A DNA stretch of 27,634 nucleotides from a bacterium (GTDB lineage: Bacteria; SZUA-182; DTGQ01; JAFGSM01), in the NCBI GenBank assembly GCA_049472335.1, contig JBLIRO010000067.1:1-27634 (forward strand). The letters are read 5' to 3'. Made by a program: the position numbers and the translations under genes. Under the pieces are notes generated by a model. It worked only from the letters and a program-made list of their open reading frames with translations. It was not told the origin of the DNA and ran no database searches. Each line of letters starts with the position of its first letter. Position 1 is the first letter of the stretch. Below are positions 1 to 8,595 of this stretch, piece by piece.

Positions 1-298
1 GCCTTCCGGCGTTTGCAGACCATCGGCGTTCCCCACTTCACTCAGTAAAACGGTTATCCTCCTGACCACGACTCTACATGTTTCGGGGCTCAATCACACA
101 GCCTGCGCCCTTGCTTTCCCTCTGCTTCGTACACCACCTCTCAGTGATCGCACTTCGGTTCCGCTACAGGTATGGTGGCTAACCTTTGACCTGTAGGGAT
201 TTGCCTGCTATGACTTCGCAGACTCACCCGCTGGGTAATGATGACGAATTTCAAGGATTATCTCCTATCCCTAACGTCCCGAGTTTAGCTCGGCACGA
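1..298 (-). mobile_element. Group II intron, 5' part (domain I), continuing beyond the left window edge; probably a bacterial class E-like lineage
   Basis: The minus strand reads TCGTGCCGAGCTAAACTCGGG...GGGTGAG...GGCAAATCCC...GGTTAGCCACC...GAAGCAGAGGGAAAGCAAGGGCGCAGGCTGTGTGATTGAGCCCCGAAA...GCCGATGGTCTGCAAACGCCGGAAGGC. I recognise these motifs from group II intron domain I. The stretch is GC-richer than its flank, has no long ORF and stops abruptly at about 298. The RT ORF and domain V are outside the window. Confidence 0.75.
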
Positions 299-315
299 AA
301 ATGAACTGGTTATTT
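299..315 (-). other. Probable left part of an attC site (R'' box AAATAAC at 315-309), interrupted by the intron
   Basis: Minus-strand AAATAAC-CAGTTCATTT lies directly before the intron. AAATAAC is the reverse complement of GTTATTT, matching the (A)TTATTT at the putative cassette start (479-473). Confidence 0.45.
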
Positions 316-345
316 AAAAATCATATATTAAACTGTTGATTTAAA

Positions 346-459
346 TTATATTTCGCAGATTACCATTATCAGGGTGTGAAGTAAAGTGAAAGGAAACCGT
401 TCCATAAAGAATGTTTCAATTTTTCTTATATCATCATTATTTAGAATTATATTAATCAT
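346..459 (-). CDS. Putative 37-aa ORF in the first integron cassette (MINIILNNDDIRKIETFFMERFPFTLLHTLIMVICEI)
   Basis: Translated by hand from ATG 459 to TAA 346. It lies between the putative attI core and the R'' box. No clear RBS. Confidence 0.25.
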   Translation of the reverse strand: MINIILNNDDIRKIETFFMERFPFTLLHTLIMVICEI

Positions 460-472
460 TCATTTAATTTTC

Positions 473-500
473 AAATAATGTATGTTTCGCGCAGTTAGGT
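473..500 (-). other. attI-like site with a degenerate core (ATTATTT instead of GTTRRRY)
   Basis: Minus strand CTAACTGCGCGAAACATAC-ATTATTT. It sits between the intI remnant and the cassette, and its core is complementary to the downstream R'' box. Confidence 0.35.
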
Positions 501-538
501 TAGAATACCTTATCATTAAAGCAATTTATTATTAACCC

Positions 539-568
539 AATATAATCACGGTTAATTATATTTGTCAA
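539..568 (-). promoter_or_regulatory. sigma70-like promoter pointing into the cassette array (Pc-like)
   Basis: Minus strand TTGACA (568-563), 18-nt spacer, TATATT (544-539). Confidence 0.45.
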
Positions 569-600
569 CATCCTGGCAACAAACAGACAGGGGGCGGAAC

Positions 601-790
601 ATGCATATGCATAAGGAGTTTAGTCAGAAAGCAGTAGAAGACGGATCTGATATAAGCATCTTTGTAGATGGCTGCCTTAAGGCCGAGGCAGATCGGAATC
701 TTTCTCCAATATCCTTAAAGGAGCTTAGTCGATATCTAAAAGAATTAGGAGACTACTGTAAACGCTTCGGTTTAAATTCAGTTACACAGT
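601..790 (+). pseudogene. N-terminal (SAM-like) fragment of a XerC/D-type tyrosine recombinase
   Basis: FVDGCLKAEADRNLSPISLKELSRYLKELGDYCKRFGLNSVTQL resembles the 'ERNLSxNTLxAYxxDL..F' N-terminal domain of tyrosine recombinases. The similarity stops at about 790. Confidence 0.45.
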
Positions 791-1104
791 TATCATCACT
801 ACCCCTTCCGGGCAGAGCAGACCTATTGCCAGTGGACACTTTGTTATATTTATTATTATATTTATCATTTCGGCAGGAAAACTCATCCTGACAGGCTTGG
901 TGCAAAAAGTGTGAAGCAGTTTCTTCCTATCTCGCAACCGAAACCCGGGTGTCTGCCTCAACTCAGCGGCAGGCCCTGAACGCCCTCGTTTTTCTCTATC
1001 GGGCTGTCCTTGACAAACCTCTGGCAACAGCAAACCCGCTGGCCCCCGGTATTCTGGTTATGCCCGGGGATGATACCGGGAATAAGCCTTCTTTATTTTA
1101 CTGA
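791..1104 (+). pseudogene. intI: Integron integrase pseudogene: N-terminal domain only, frameshifted and truncated
   Basis: The frame from 791 gives YHHYPFRAEQTYCQWTLCYIYYYIYHFGRKTHPDRLGAKSVKQFL. After a -1 shift at about 925 it continues SYLATETRVSASTQRQALNALVFLYRAVLDKPL, the hallmark IntI N-terminal motif. A 12-nt tandem duplication lies at 844-867. Similarity ends at about 1025 and the catalytic domain is absent. Confidence 0.88.
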
Positions 1105-1948
1105 TTTCTCCCACATGAGTATAAATCTGGGTTGTGGAGATGTCGGCATGGCCGAGAAGTGTTTGAACAATCCTGAGGTCTGCCCCGTTTTCCAGAAGAT
1201 GGGTGGCGAATGAGTGACGTAAGGTATGGGGGGTCACATTCGGAGGGAGTCCTGCCTGGAGTGCGTATTGTTTCAGAATCTTCCACACCCCTTGCCGCGT
1301 AAACCGTTTACCGTTACGTGTCAGAATAAGTTGTTTCTCTTCCTGCCCTTTTAACAATATTGGTCTCACTGAATTAAGATATTCCTCTATCCAGTCCAAT
1401 ACTGACCGGCCAAGTGGGACCAGCCTTTGTTTTCCGCCCTTCCCCATGAAGATACAAAAACCTGACTGAAGATTAAGATCATTGAGGCTTAATTCTACCA
1501 CCTCGGATATCCTCATACCTGTAGCGTAAAGTAGTTCAAGCAGCGTCCTGTCCCTTATCCCTTGTGGTGTATTTGTATCAGGTTGACTCAAAAGGGCTTC
1601 AACCTGGGAATATGTCAGAACCATAGGGATGTTTTTCCAGATTTTGGGACTGGTCATCAAGCGGGAAGGATTTTGACTCACAAGCCCTTTTCTTGACAGG
1701 AAGGCATAAAAGTGACGTATGGAAGATAGATGACGTGCCCTGGTTCTGGCTGAAAGGCCCTGTTTTTTTAGGGAACCAAGATGCGCAATGATATGCTGGG
1801 AGGTCGATCTGTCAACTTCTGTCAACCCTTTTGACTTTAAAAAATCAATATATATTTTCAGATCATTTTCATAAGCGGCAAGGGTGTTTTCTGAGAATCC
1901 TCTCTGTATGACCAGATAGGTCAGGAAGTTATCAAGAAGCCCTTCCAA
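1058..1948 (-). CDS. xerD: Site-specific tyrosine recombinase XerD
   Basis: 296 aa with RDRTLLELLYATGMRISE, GKGGKQRLVP and TPHTLRHSFATHLLENGADLRIVQTLLGHADISTTQIYTH...YHPRA. Catalytic residues are intact. Confidence 0.93.
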   Translation of the reverse strand: MEGLLDNFLTYLVIQRGFSENTLAAYENDLKIYIDFLKSKGLTEVDRSTSQHIIAHLGSLKKQGLSARTRARHLSSIRHFYAFLSRKGLVSQNPSRLMTSPKIWKNIPMVLTYSQVEALLSQPDTNTPQGIRDRTLLELLYATGMRISEVVELSLNDLNLQSGFCIFMGKGGKQRLVPLGRSVLDWIEEYLNSVRPILLKGQEEKQLILTRNGKRFTRQGVWKILKQYALQAGLPPNVTPHTLRHSFATHLLENGADLRIVQTLLGHADISTTQIYTHVGEISKIKKAYSRYHPRA

Positions 1949-1980
1949 TTATTACCTCAAATTTCATAATAATGTTTGAA

Positions 1981-2610
1981 TCAAAAAAAACCGAATCTTT
2001 TTTCTTCCCCGAGCACGGAAGAATCACCATGGCCCGGCAGGAGGATCAAATCATCAGGCAAAGACCATAAGCGATCCCTCAATGAACGGACAAGGGCATT
2101 ATAGTCTCCTCCGTCAAAGTCTGTTCGTCCGACGCCTGCCCTGAAAAGTGTGTCTCCTGAAAAAAGGAAGGGGGGGCTGAGAAGGCATATGCTTCCCGGC
2201 GAATGACCCGGAGTATGAATGACCTCCATTGAATAAGGACCAACTTGTATCTTGTCACCATCCTCTAAAGAGTACTCCGGTTTAAACGGTTTATAATCCT
2301 GGCCAATAAATTCTCTAATCATTGGATCAGGCTCCATAAAATACTGGACCTCCTCAGGATGACATGCCACTTTCACATCCCATTTTTTAAGGAGATCGGG
2401 TATGGCCAAGATATGATCCAGATGTCCATGGGTAGCAATAATAAGTTTGGGCACCAATCCCTTTTGATCCAGAAACTCTGTTACTTCCTCAAAACATCCG
2501 CCTGGATCTATTAGCATCACTTCTTTTTCTTCAATACTGCCCACAAGATAACAATTTGCCTCCAATGGTCCGCAGACCCAGATTTTTATAAGGACATCTC
2601 TATCAGACAT
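1981..2610 (-). CDS. MBL-fold metallo-hydrolase (glyoxalase II / YcbL-like)
   Basis: THGHLDH, HTPGHSPGS, FSGDTLF and LPGHG motifs; AGGAGG RBS. Confidence 0.9.
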   Translation of the reverse strand: MSDRDVLIKIWVCGPLEANCYLVGSIEEKEVMLIDPGGCFEEVTEFLDQKGLVPKLIIATHGHLDHILAIPDLLKKWDVKVACHPEEVQYFMEPDPMIREFIGQDYKPFKPEYSLEDGDKIQVGPYSMEVIHTPGHSPGSICLLSPPFLFSGDTLFRAGVGRTDFDGGDYNALVRSLRDRLWSLPDDLILLPGHGDSSVLGEEKRFGFF

Positions 2611-2746
2611 TGAACCTCCTGTTTTTCCATCTATAAATAATTTGTGATATCAAATTGTTTTCATAAGATTAAGATCGGTTTGATAATATAACAATTTTTT
2701 CCTTAAAAATTCTTGCTTAAATCCGTATATGCCTAATTATTTTTCA

Positions 2747-3211
2747 TTAAAAGGAATCAGGCAAGACCTTTGGCGGCCGGTCCAGTATAATGGTAACAGG
2801 CCCTTGATTGGCTATATTCACCAGCATGTGGGCCTGAAAACGGCCAGTGGCAACCCTCAGTCCTGATGTGCGAGTCAAATCCACAAAATGATTATATAGC
2901 CGCTCTGCTTCTTCAGGCGGAGCGGCAGCATCAAAACCCGGTCTCCTCCCTTTTCTGCAATCAGCCAGGATGGTAAACTGGGAAACAATAAGTAATTCGC
3001 CATGGATATCGAGGATCGACCGGTCAAACCTGCCCCTTTCATCCTCGAATATCCTGAGGTTACAGGTCTTTTCTACAAGATAGGCGGCCTCTTCCTCAGT
3101 GTCGCCTTTAGCGACCCCAAGGAGAACCACAAGACCTGCTCCGATCCGCCCGACCACTTCGCCGTCTATTTCTACCGATGCATGATCCACGCGCTGAAGA
3201 ATGGCCTTCAT
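2747..3211 (-). CDS. dtd: D-aminoacyl-tRNA deacylase
   Basis: MKAILQRV, SQFT, KGRRPGF and NQGPVT motifs. The start overlaps the ogt stop (ATGA). Confidence 0.95.
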   Translation of the reverse strand: MKAILQRVDHASVEIDGEVVGRIGAGLVVLLGVAKGDTEEEAAYLVEKTCNLRIFEDERGRFDRSILDIHGELLIVSQFTILADCRKGRRPGFDAAAPPEEAERLYNHFVDLTRTSGLRVATGRFQAHMLVNIANQGPVTIILDRPPKVLPDSF

Positions 3212-3714
3212 TTATCAATCTCCTTTGCAGATTTTTCAATCTTCAACAGTATTCTCTTCCATGCTATGCCTGAAGAAAAGCCTTTAAGATGCCCATTTTT
3301 ACCAATAACCCTGTGGCATGGAAATAAAACAGGCCAGGGATTCCTGTTAAGGGCTTGTCCTACAGCCCTTGCCGCGTCAGGGCATCCGATACTTTTGGCA
3401 AGCTCACTATAGCTTATGGTCTTGCCATATGGGATATCCTTTAATGCATATAAGACTCTTTTTCTAAAATTACTCGTTTTATCCCAAATTACCGGATAAT
3501 CACTAAACCGGGGATTTTCACCATAGAAGTAATCCTTCAACTCTCGAGCCAGGTTCTTTCCCAATGGATTGGGGCCTGAAACATGGATATGCAACCTTGA
3601 TAAAAATCCGAACAGGGAGTCCTCTTTCTCTTTAAAAATGTCTTCATCCTCTATAAAGGGCAAATCGATAGAGAGAAGGCCCCCGGTACATGTATTTATT
3701 ACTATATTCATCAT
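3208..3714 (-). CDS. ogt: Methylated-DNA--protein-cysteine methyltransferase
   Basis: IPYGKTISYSELA, AARAVGQA, NPWPVLFPCHRV active site. Confidence 0.92.
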   Translation of the reverse strand: MMNIVINTCTGGLLSIDLPFIEDEDIFKEKEDSLFGFLSRLHIHVSGPNPLGKNLARELKDYFYGENPRFSDYPVIWDKTSNFRKRVLYALKDIPYGKTISYSELAKSIGCPDAARAVGQALNRNPWPVLFPCHRVIGKNGHLKGFSSGIAWKRILLKIEKSAKEIDK

Positions 3715-3731
3715 TTTTATCTTTTATTTTT

Positions 3732-3760
3732 ATTATAATCTTTTAAATCCCGATCGACAA
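3732..3760 (-). promoter_or_regulatory. sigma70-like promoter for ogt-dtd
   Basis: TTGTCG-N17-TATAAT on the minus strand, about 20 nt upstream of ogt. Confidence 0.45.
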
Positions 3761-3814
3761 ATAGGATATATATATCCTTATCTCTGATTTTTCAACCTTG
3801 TTGATAAAAGGGCT

Positions 3815-3860
3815 TAAAAATAAGAGAGGCTGTCTGACCATCTCAAACAGCCTCTCTTAT
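3815..3860 (-). terminator. Rho-independent terminator of the Pro-rich secreted protein gene
   Basis: 14-bp perfect stem ATAAGAGAGGCTGT (3820-3833) / ACAGCCTCTCTTAT (3847-3860), followed by a T-run on the minus strand, 27 nt after the stop. Confidence 0.8.
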
Positions 3861-3886
3861 AAGCTAATTACGGTATGTTTATAATC

Positions 3887-4492
3887 TTATGTGACCGGTA
3901 TTGGAAGCGCGGCAAACAGAGTTGGGAGCGGAGAAGGACCCGGTAGATTTATTGGAAGAGGTGATAAAAGCTGAGCCGGATCCAGATAGAATGTGGGTGG
4001 TCCGGGTGTCTGAAAATACCATGTCAGATAAAGAAATATGGCTGAATTGGCTTGTGATACATTCTGAGCCAACCATAAAAAGTCTGTCGGAGGTAATGAT
4101 GCAAAATTTGCCGGGAGGCTCAACGGTATGGGCAATCCGGATGCATCCAGAAAACCATCCGGTGGCCAGGTATTAAGTCCAAACAGAGGATCAAAGTAGA
4201 CCATACCCAACGGAGTATTATAGAGTAACCATGGATTTGCTAAAGCAGGATTCCAGGTCAAACCAGGCTCTATAGGCAACACTGTATTTGGAGTCAATTG
4301 GGTTACTATTGGCGTAGATACACCGGTAATCGGATCAGTAGGTGATAATACAGGAGACCATAATGGCCACAGGGTGTTATAAGGCGGTAGCACCGTCCAA
4401 TATTGTGCATTGGCAATAGGAGAGCAAACGAAAAAAATAGTAATTAGTCCGGCAAGTATAAATGTATAAATGAGCTTCTTCGGGTAAATCAT
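3887..4492 (-). CDS. Secreted Pro/Leu/Trp-rich hypothetical protein (201 aa)
   Basis: AAGGAG RBS before ATG 4492, Sec signal peptide ending ANA|QYW, and its own terminator. Confidence 0.8.
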   Translation of the reverse strand: MIYPKKLIYTFILAGLITIFFVCSPIANAQYWTVLPPYNTLWPLWSPVLSPTDPITGVSTPIVTQLTPNTVLPIEPGLTWNPALANPWLLYNTPLGMVYFDPLFGLNTWPPDGFLDASGLPIPLSLPANFASLPPTDFLWLAQNVSQANSAIFLYLTWYFQTPGPPTFYLDPAQLLSPLPINLPGPSPLPTLFAALPIPVT

Positions 4493-5035
4493 CTCAAAAC
4501 TCCTTCCTGCAAACCGTAGAATTAGATTGAGCAAAGAAAAAGAAATTCAAAAAGGATTTTCCATTATGGTATTTCTATGATGAAAATTAAATCGCCTCCT
4601 TTAGCTAATGATTAAAGTTTATGTTTTATTTTAGAGCTTTTCATACATATGTGTTCCTCCTTCGATGATAGAATATTACAGATATAAACCAGGGGTTTTT
4701 TCTATTTATTGGTAATAGTGGAGCAGGGTATAAAAACAAGAATAAGAAAAAGCTATCAAGAGATATTTTTTGGATTATTTTTAATAGAAATCCTATAAAT
4801 AAAAGATAAGATTCAAGGTATTCAGCATGAATAATCAAAATTAACATCGATGCAATGAAAAATTAATACAATGGAAAAATTTTTTCTGTTCAAACCGTCA
4901 TTTTGCCCGGTTAACCTGGTTAAAAAGCTTAAATTAAGGATAAGCTTTGTATAACTTTAAAATTTCTAGAAATTTGATAAGAATCAATGAAAAAATAGCT
5001 CTTAATATACAGGAATATCTTTATATAAGTATATA

Positions 5036-5051
5036 AGCATTTATTATGCCA
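5036..5051 (-). promoter_or_regulatory. sigma54-type -24/-12 motif
   Basis: TGGCATAATAAATGCT, i.e. GG-N10-GC, close to the consensus TGGCAC-N5-TTGCW. Confidence 0.5.
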
Positions 5052-5270
5052 CTCAGGATTTTAGCTCAAATATTTTCATTCTGGAAAGGCGATTATTTTC
5101 AAAAAGATACAGAAATAGATATCAAACGGATAAACCGACAAAGCAAGAGGATAGAATAAAAGAACAAAATAATATGAAAAAAATTTCATATATCATGAAT
5201 TTTATGTATTACTTATGTGTTTTAAGAGTAATCCTTAAATAGAATAATAACTAAAATAAAGACTTACTTC

Positions 5271-6389
5271 TCAATAATGGAAAGGAAAATTATAATCATT
5301 GAGTCCGAGCTCATTCTGCATATCAAGGATCTGCTTTTGAAGTTTTCTATTTAAGGGAACACCCTTTTCTTTTCTTTCAAGCCATGCAATGTGCTCTTTT
5401 TCACCTGCGGTATAAATCCTGTTTTGTCCCGGCATCTTTTGGGATGTGCGGATTGCCCGCAGTATATCCCCCGCGGTTTTCTTAAATGAATCCAGATCGG
5501 TAAAATGGGAAATATTGATCGCAATAAAGAAATGTCCCAGCGGGTACGGCACCTTTTTCCCGTCTTTTACTCCGGAAAGCATCTTGAGAAAGCTGCCGTT
5601 TTGAAGGGCAGCGGATAGTATCTCAACGACGGTTCCGTAACCATATCCCTTGTAACCTGCCGTCTCTTCACCAATGCCGCCCAGGGGTGCCAGCGCAGCA
5701 GTTCCGTCTGCCAGATCCTTCAGGATCTGGTGTGTATCTGTTCTAACCCTTCCCGAATTGTCAATTACCCAGCCTTCAGGAATTTCCTTGTTTGCCCTGT
5801 CATATAATTCTATTTTCCCGCGTTGTGCCAATGACGTTGCACAATCAATCACAAAGGGGAATTCTTCATCGGTGGGGATACCAAAGGTCAGGGGATTTGT
5901 GCCTAACATATTCTCAATACCGAAGGTCGGGGCAACAGAAGGCCTTGCATTGCTGCCGGTAATACCTATCATTCCCGCTTCTATAGCCATGAGGGCATAG
6001 TAGCCGGCAATTCCGTAATGCGTCGAATTTCTGACGGCAACCATCCCCATTCCGTATCTTCCGGCCTTTTGAATTGCCAGATCCATGGACTTTTTGGAAA
6101 TAAGGTGACCCATGCCGTTATGTCCGTCAATAACAGCTGTTGTGGGCCCTTCTTTCACAACTTCAAAATTGGTCACAGGTGATTGGATCCCCGCCTTGAT
6201 CCTGTCATAATATATTGTCTTCAGGCGTCCGACACCATGGGAGTCTATTCCCCTTTTATCAGAAGTAATCAAGACATCGGCACATACCTTTGCTTCCTCT
6301 TCAGGGACCCCTAATCCTTTGAAAACATCGATCATGAACCTTTCCATTATATCAAAATCAATCCAAACAATATTCTCATCCATGATCAT
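5271..6389 (-). CDS. Ldh_2 family (malate/L-lactate/sulfolactate-type) oxidoreductase
   Basis: RGIDSHGVGRL, VRNSTHYGIAGYY, GTNPL and GYKGYG motifs; AAGGAG RBS. Confidence 0.9.
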   Translation of the reverse strand: MIMDENIVWIDFDIMERFMIDVFKGLGVPEEEAKVCADVLITSDKRGIDSHGVGRLKTIYYDRIKAGIQSPVTNFEVVKEGPTTAVIDGHNGMGHLISKKSMDLAIQKAGRYGMGMVAVRNSTHYGIAGYYALMAIEAGMIGITGSNARPSVAPTFGIENMLGTNPLTFGIPTDEEFPFVIDCATSLAQRGKIELYDRANKEIPEGWVIDNSGRVRTDTHQILKDLADGTAALAPLGGIGEETAGYKGYGYGTVVEILSAALQNGSFLKMLSGVKDGKKVPYPLGHFFIAINISHFTDLDSFKKTAGDILRAIRTSQKMPGQNRIYTAGEKEHIAWLERKEKGVPLNRKLQKQILDMQNELGLNDYNFPFHY

Positions 6390-6460
6390 ATTCTCCTTAT
6401 TTATTAAAGTGATAATAACCTTTAATGGGACTAAAACATATTGGAATTAAATAAGGTTTG

Positions 6461-6495
6461 GTGCCACGCCACAGCGTCAGGCCATGGAGTGGCAC
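6461..6495. repeat. GC-rich intergenic hairpin (REP-like or terminator-like)
   Basis: GTGCCAC-G-CCA ... TGG-A-GTGGCAC imperfect inverted repeat between hppA and the Ldh_2 gene. Confidence 0.4.
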
Positions 6496-6542
6496 TTTTC
6501 CCTAATAAGCTTAATATTATAACCGATATTATTGATAAATCA

Positions 6543-8570
6543 TTAAATCAACAGAGGCGCGATAACAAGCGATACAACAGAAACAAGTTTTATAAGAATA
6601 TTCATAGTCGGACCGGACGTATCCTTAAAAGGATCGCCTATGGTATCGCCAACCACTGCAGCTTTATGGGCATCGGAGCCTTTGCCTCCCAGATTTCCTT
6701 CCTCTATATACTTTTTGGCGTTGTCCCAAGCCCCCCCGGCATTCGCCATCATAAGAGCAATCAGCACGCCTGTCAAGGTGGTGCCTGCCAAAAGTCCGCC
6801 CAGGGCATTCGGCCCAAGGGTAAAACCAACGATCACGGGCACGATAATCGCTGTCATTCCTGGGATGATCATCTCTTTCAGGGCAGCGGTGGTACTGATA
6901 TCGATACAACGCTCCGTTTCGGGTTTTGCTTTTCCTTCCATGAGGCCCGCGATCTCCCTGAACTGGCGGCGAACTTCCTCCACCATTCTAAAAGCTGCCT
7001 TACCAACAGCAGTCATGGTCAGGGCAGCTACAAAGAAAGGTATGATCCCTCCGATGAAGAGACCTATAACCACATTTGCGTCAATCAGATTGATGCTTGT
7101 CATTCCGATGGCATTGGTATAGGCGGAGAAAAGGGCAAGGGCGGTCAGGGCTGCTGATCCTATCGCGAACCCCTTTCCTATTGCTGCAGTAGTGTTGCCC
7201 AGGGCATCAAGTCCATCGGTGATCTTTCTTGTTTTCGGGCCAAGTCCACTCATCTCTGTGATACCGCCGGCATTATCCGCGATAGGTCCATAGGCATCTA
7301 CAGACATGGTAACTCCCACTGTAGACAACATACCCACGGCAGAGATCCCTATTCCGTAGAGACCTGCTGTCTTATATGCGGCAAATATTGCAGCACAGAT
7401 TGCCAGAACCGGTAAACCAGTGCTTTCAAGGCCTATGGCAAAACCGGTAATGATGTTGGTTGCAGCGCCAGTTCGACAGGATTCCGCAATCTTCCGGATC
7501 GGCTTCCCTGATGTGTAATACTCAGTAAGCAATCCTATTGCTATCCCGGCAACACACCCGGAAAAAACAGCCCAAAAGACACCCATTGCTGCACCTGAAA
7601 CCTTTATCAGAAAATATGAGCCGACCAACAACAACACCGCGCTGACATAGGTGGCATACCTCAGAGCAGCGGCGGGATTGAGTTTCTCCAGCAGCTTAAT
7701 GGAAAGGACGCCAACGATTGATGCCAAAAGTCCCAGCATTACTACGAGAAGAGGCAGCACCATATAGGGGAGTCTGATTTTGGTGATCTGCTCCATCGTC
7801 ATTGAGGCCGTATCCAATAAATGGGGCCCCAGGACCGGAGAAGTGGCGCCTATGGCTATAGTGGCTATTATTGATCCTACATAGGACTCAAAAATGTCGG
7901 CTCCCATACCGGCAGTATCACCCACGCAATCACCAACATTATCGGCAATAGTAGCTGGATTTCGAGGATCGTCCTCCGGGATGCCCGCCTCGACTTTTCC
8001 TACCAGATCCGCGCCTACATCTGCTGTTTTTGTATAGATTCCACCTCCCATTCTCGCGAAAAGGGCGATGGAACTGGCTCCCATGGCGTATCCATTAATA
8101 TAATTTGCTGTGGCAGGATCACGGCCAAAAAGGTAGAAAAAAATCCCGACACCCAGGACGCCCAAACTGGCTACTGAAAGTCCCATAACCGCCCCACCGG
8201 AAAAGGCGATGGTCAATGCCTTATCCTGGCCGAATTTATCAGCAGCGAATGATGTCCTCACATTGGCCCTTGTGGCAGCCTGCATACCAAAATATCCCGC
8301 CAGCATAGAGGAAATGGCCCCTGCCAGGAAGGCCCACGCGGTCTGAATATTGATCTTCCAGAAAAGGAGGAACCAAACGGCGACAATAAAAATAACCAGT
8401 ATCTTATACTCCCGTTTTAAAAAAACCATGGCCCCTTCATGAATTGCCTCTGAGATTTCTATCATAAGGCTGGTGCCTGCTGGCTGTTTGATGATATACA
8501 TGTACAAAGCCCAGGCCACGACAAGACCAAGGAGACCCAAAATGGGCGCCCAATAGGATAATTGAATCAT
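6543..8570 (-). CDS. hppA: Membrane-bound pyrophosphatase, K+-dependent, probably Na+-translocating
   Basis: [42 protein letters not shown] and [14 protein letters not shown] motifs; many TM helices. Confidence 0.95.
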   Translation of the reverse strand: MIQLSYWAPILGLLGLVVAWALYMYIIKQPAGTSLMIEISEAIHEGAMVFLKREYKILVIFIVAVWFLLFWKINIQTAWAFLAGAISSMLAGYFGMQAATRANVRTSFAADKFGQDKALTIAFSGGAVMGLSVASLGVLGVGIFFYLFGRDPATANYINGYAMGASSIALFARMGGGIYTKTADVGADLVGKVEAGIPEDDPRNPATIADNVGDCVGDTAGMGADIFESYVGSIIATIAIGATSPVLGPHLLDTASMTMEQITKIRLPYMVLPLLVVMLGLLASIVGVLSIKLLEKLNPAAALRYATYVSAVLLLVGSYFLIKVSGAAMGVFWAVFSGCVAGIAIGLLTEYYTSGKPIRKIAESCRTGAATNIITGFAIGLESTGLPVLAICAAIFAAYKTAGLYGIGISAVGMLSTVGVTMSVDAYGPIADNAGGITEMSGLGPKTRKITDGLDALGNTTAAIGKGFAIGSAALTALALFSAYTNAIGMTSINLIDANVVIGLFIGGIIPFFVAALTMTAVGKAAFRMVEEVRRQFREIAGLMEGKAKPETERCIDISTTAALKEMIIPGMTAIIVPVIVGFTLGPNALGGLLAGTTLTGVLIALMMANAGGAWDNAKKYIEEGNLGGKGSDAHKAAVVGDTIGDPFKDTSGPTMNILIKLVSVVSLVIAPLLI

Positions 8571-8595
8571 AACAAAGCCCCCTATACCCTAAAGA

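Noticed and set aside
562..891. 109-aa ORF as an intact gene
   Set aside because: Its 3' third is an out-of-frame reading of the intI remnant, so the ORF is a chimera.
6441..7157. 238-aa and 160-aa plus-strand ORFs
   Set aside because: They are antisense shadows of hppA with no recognisable motifs.
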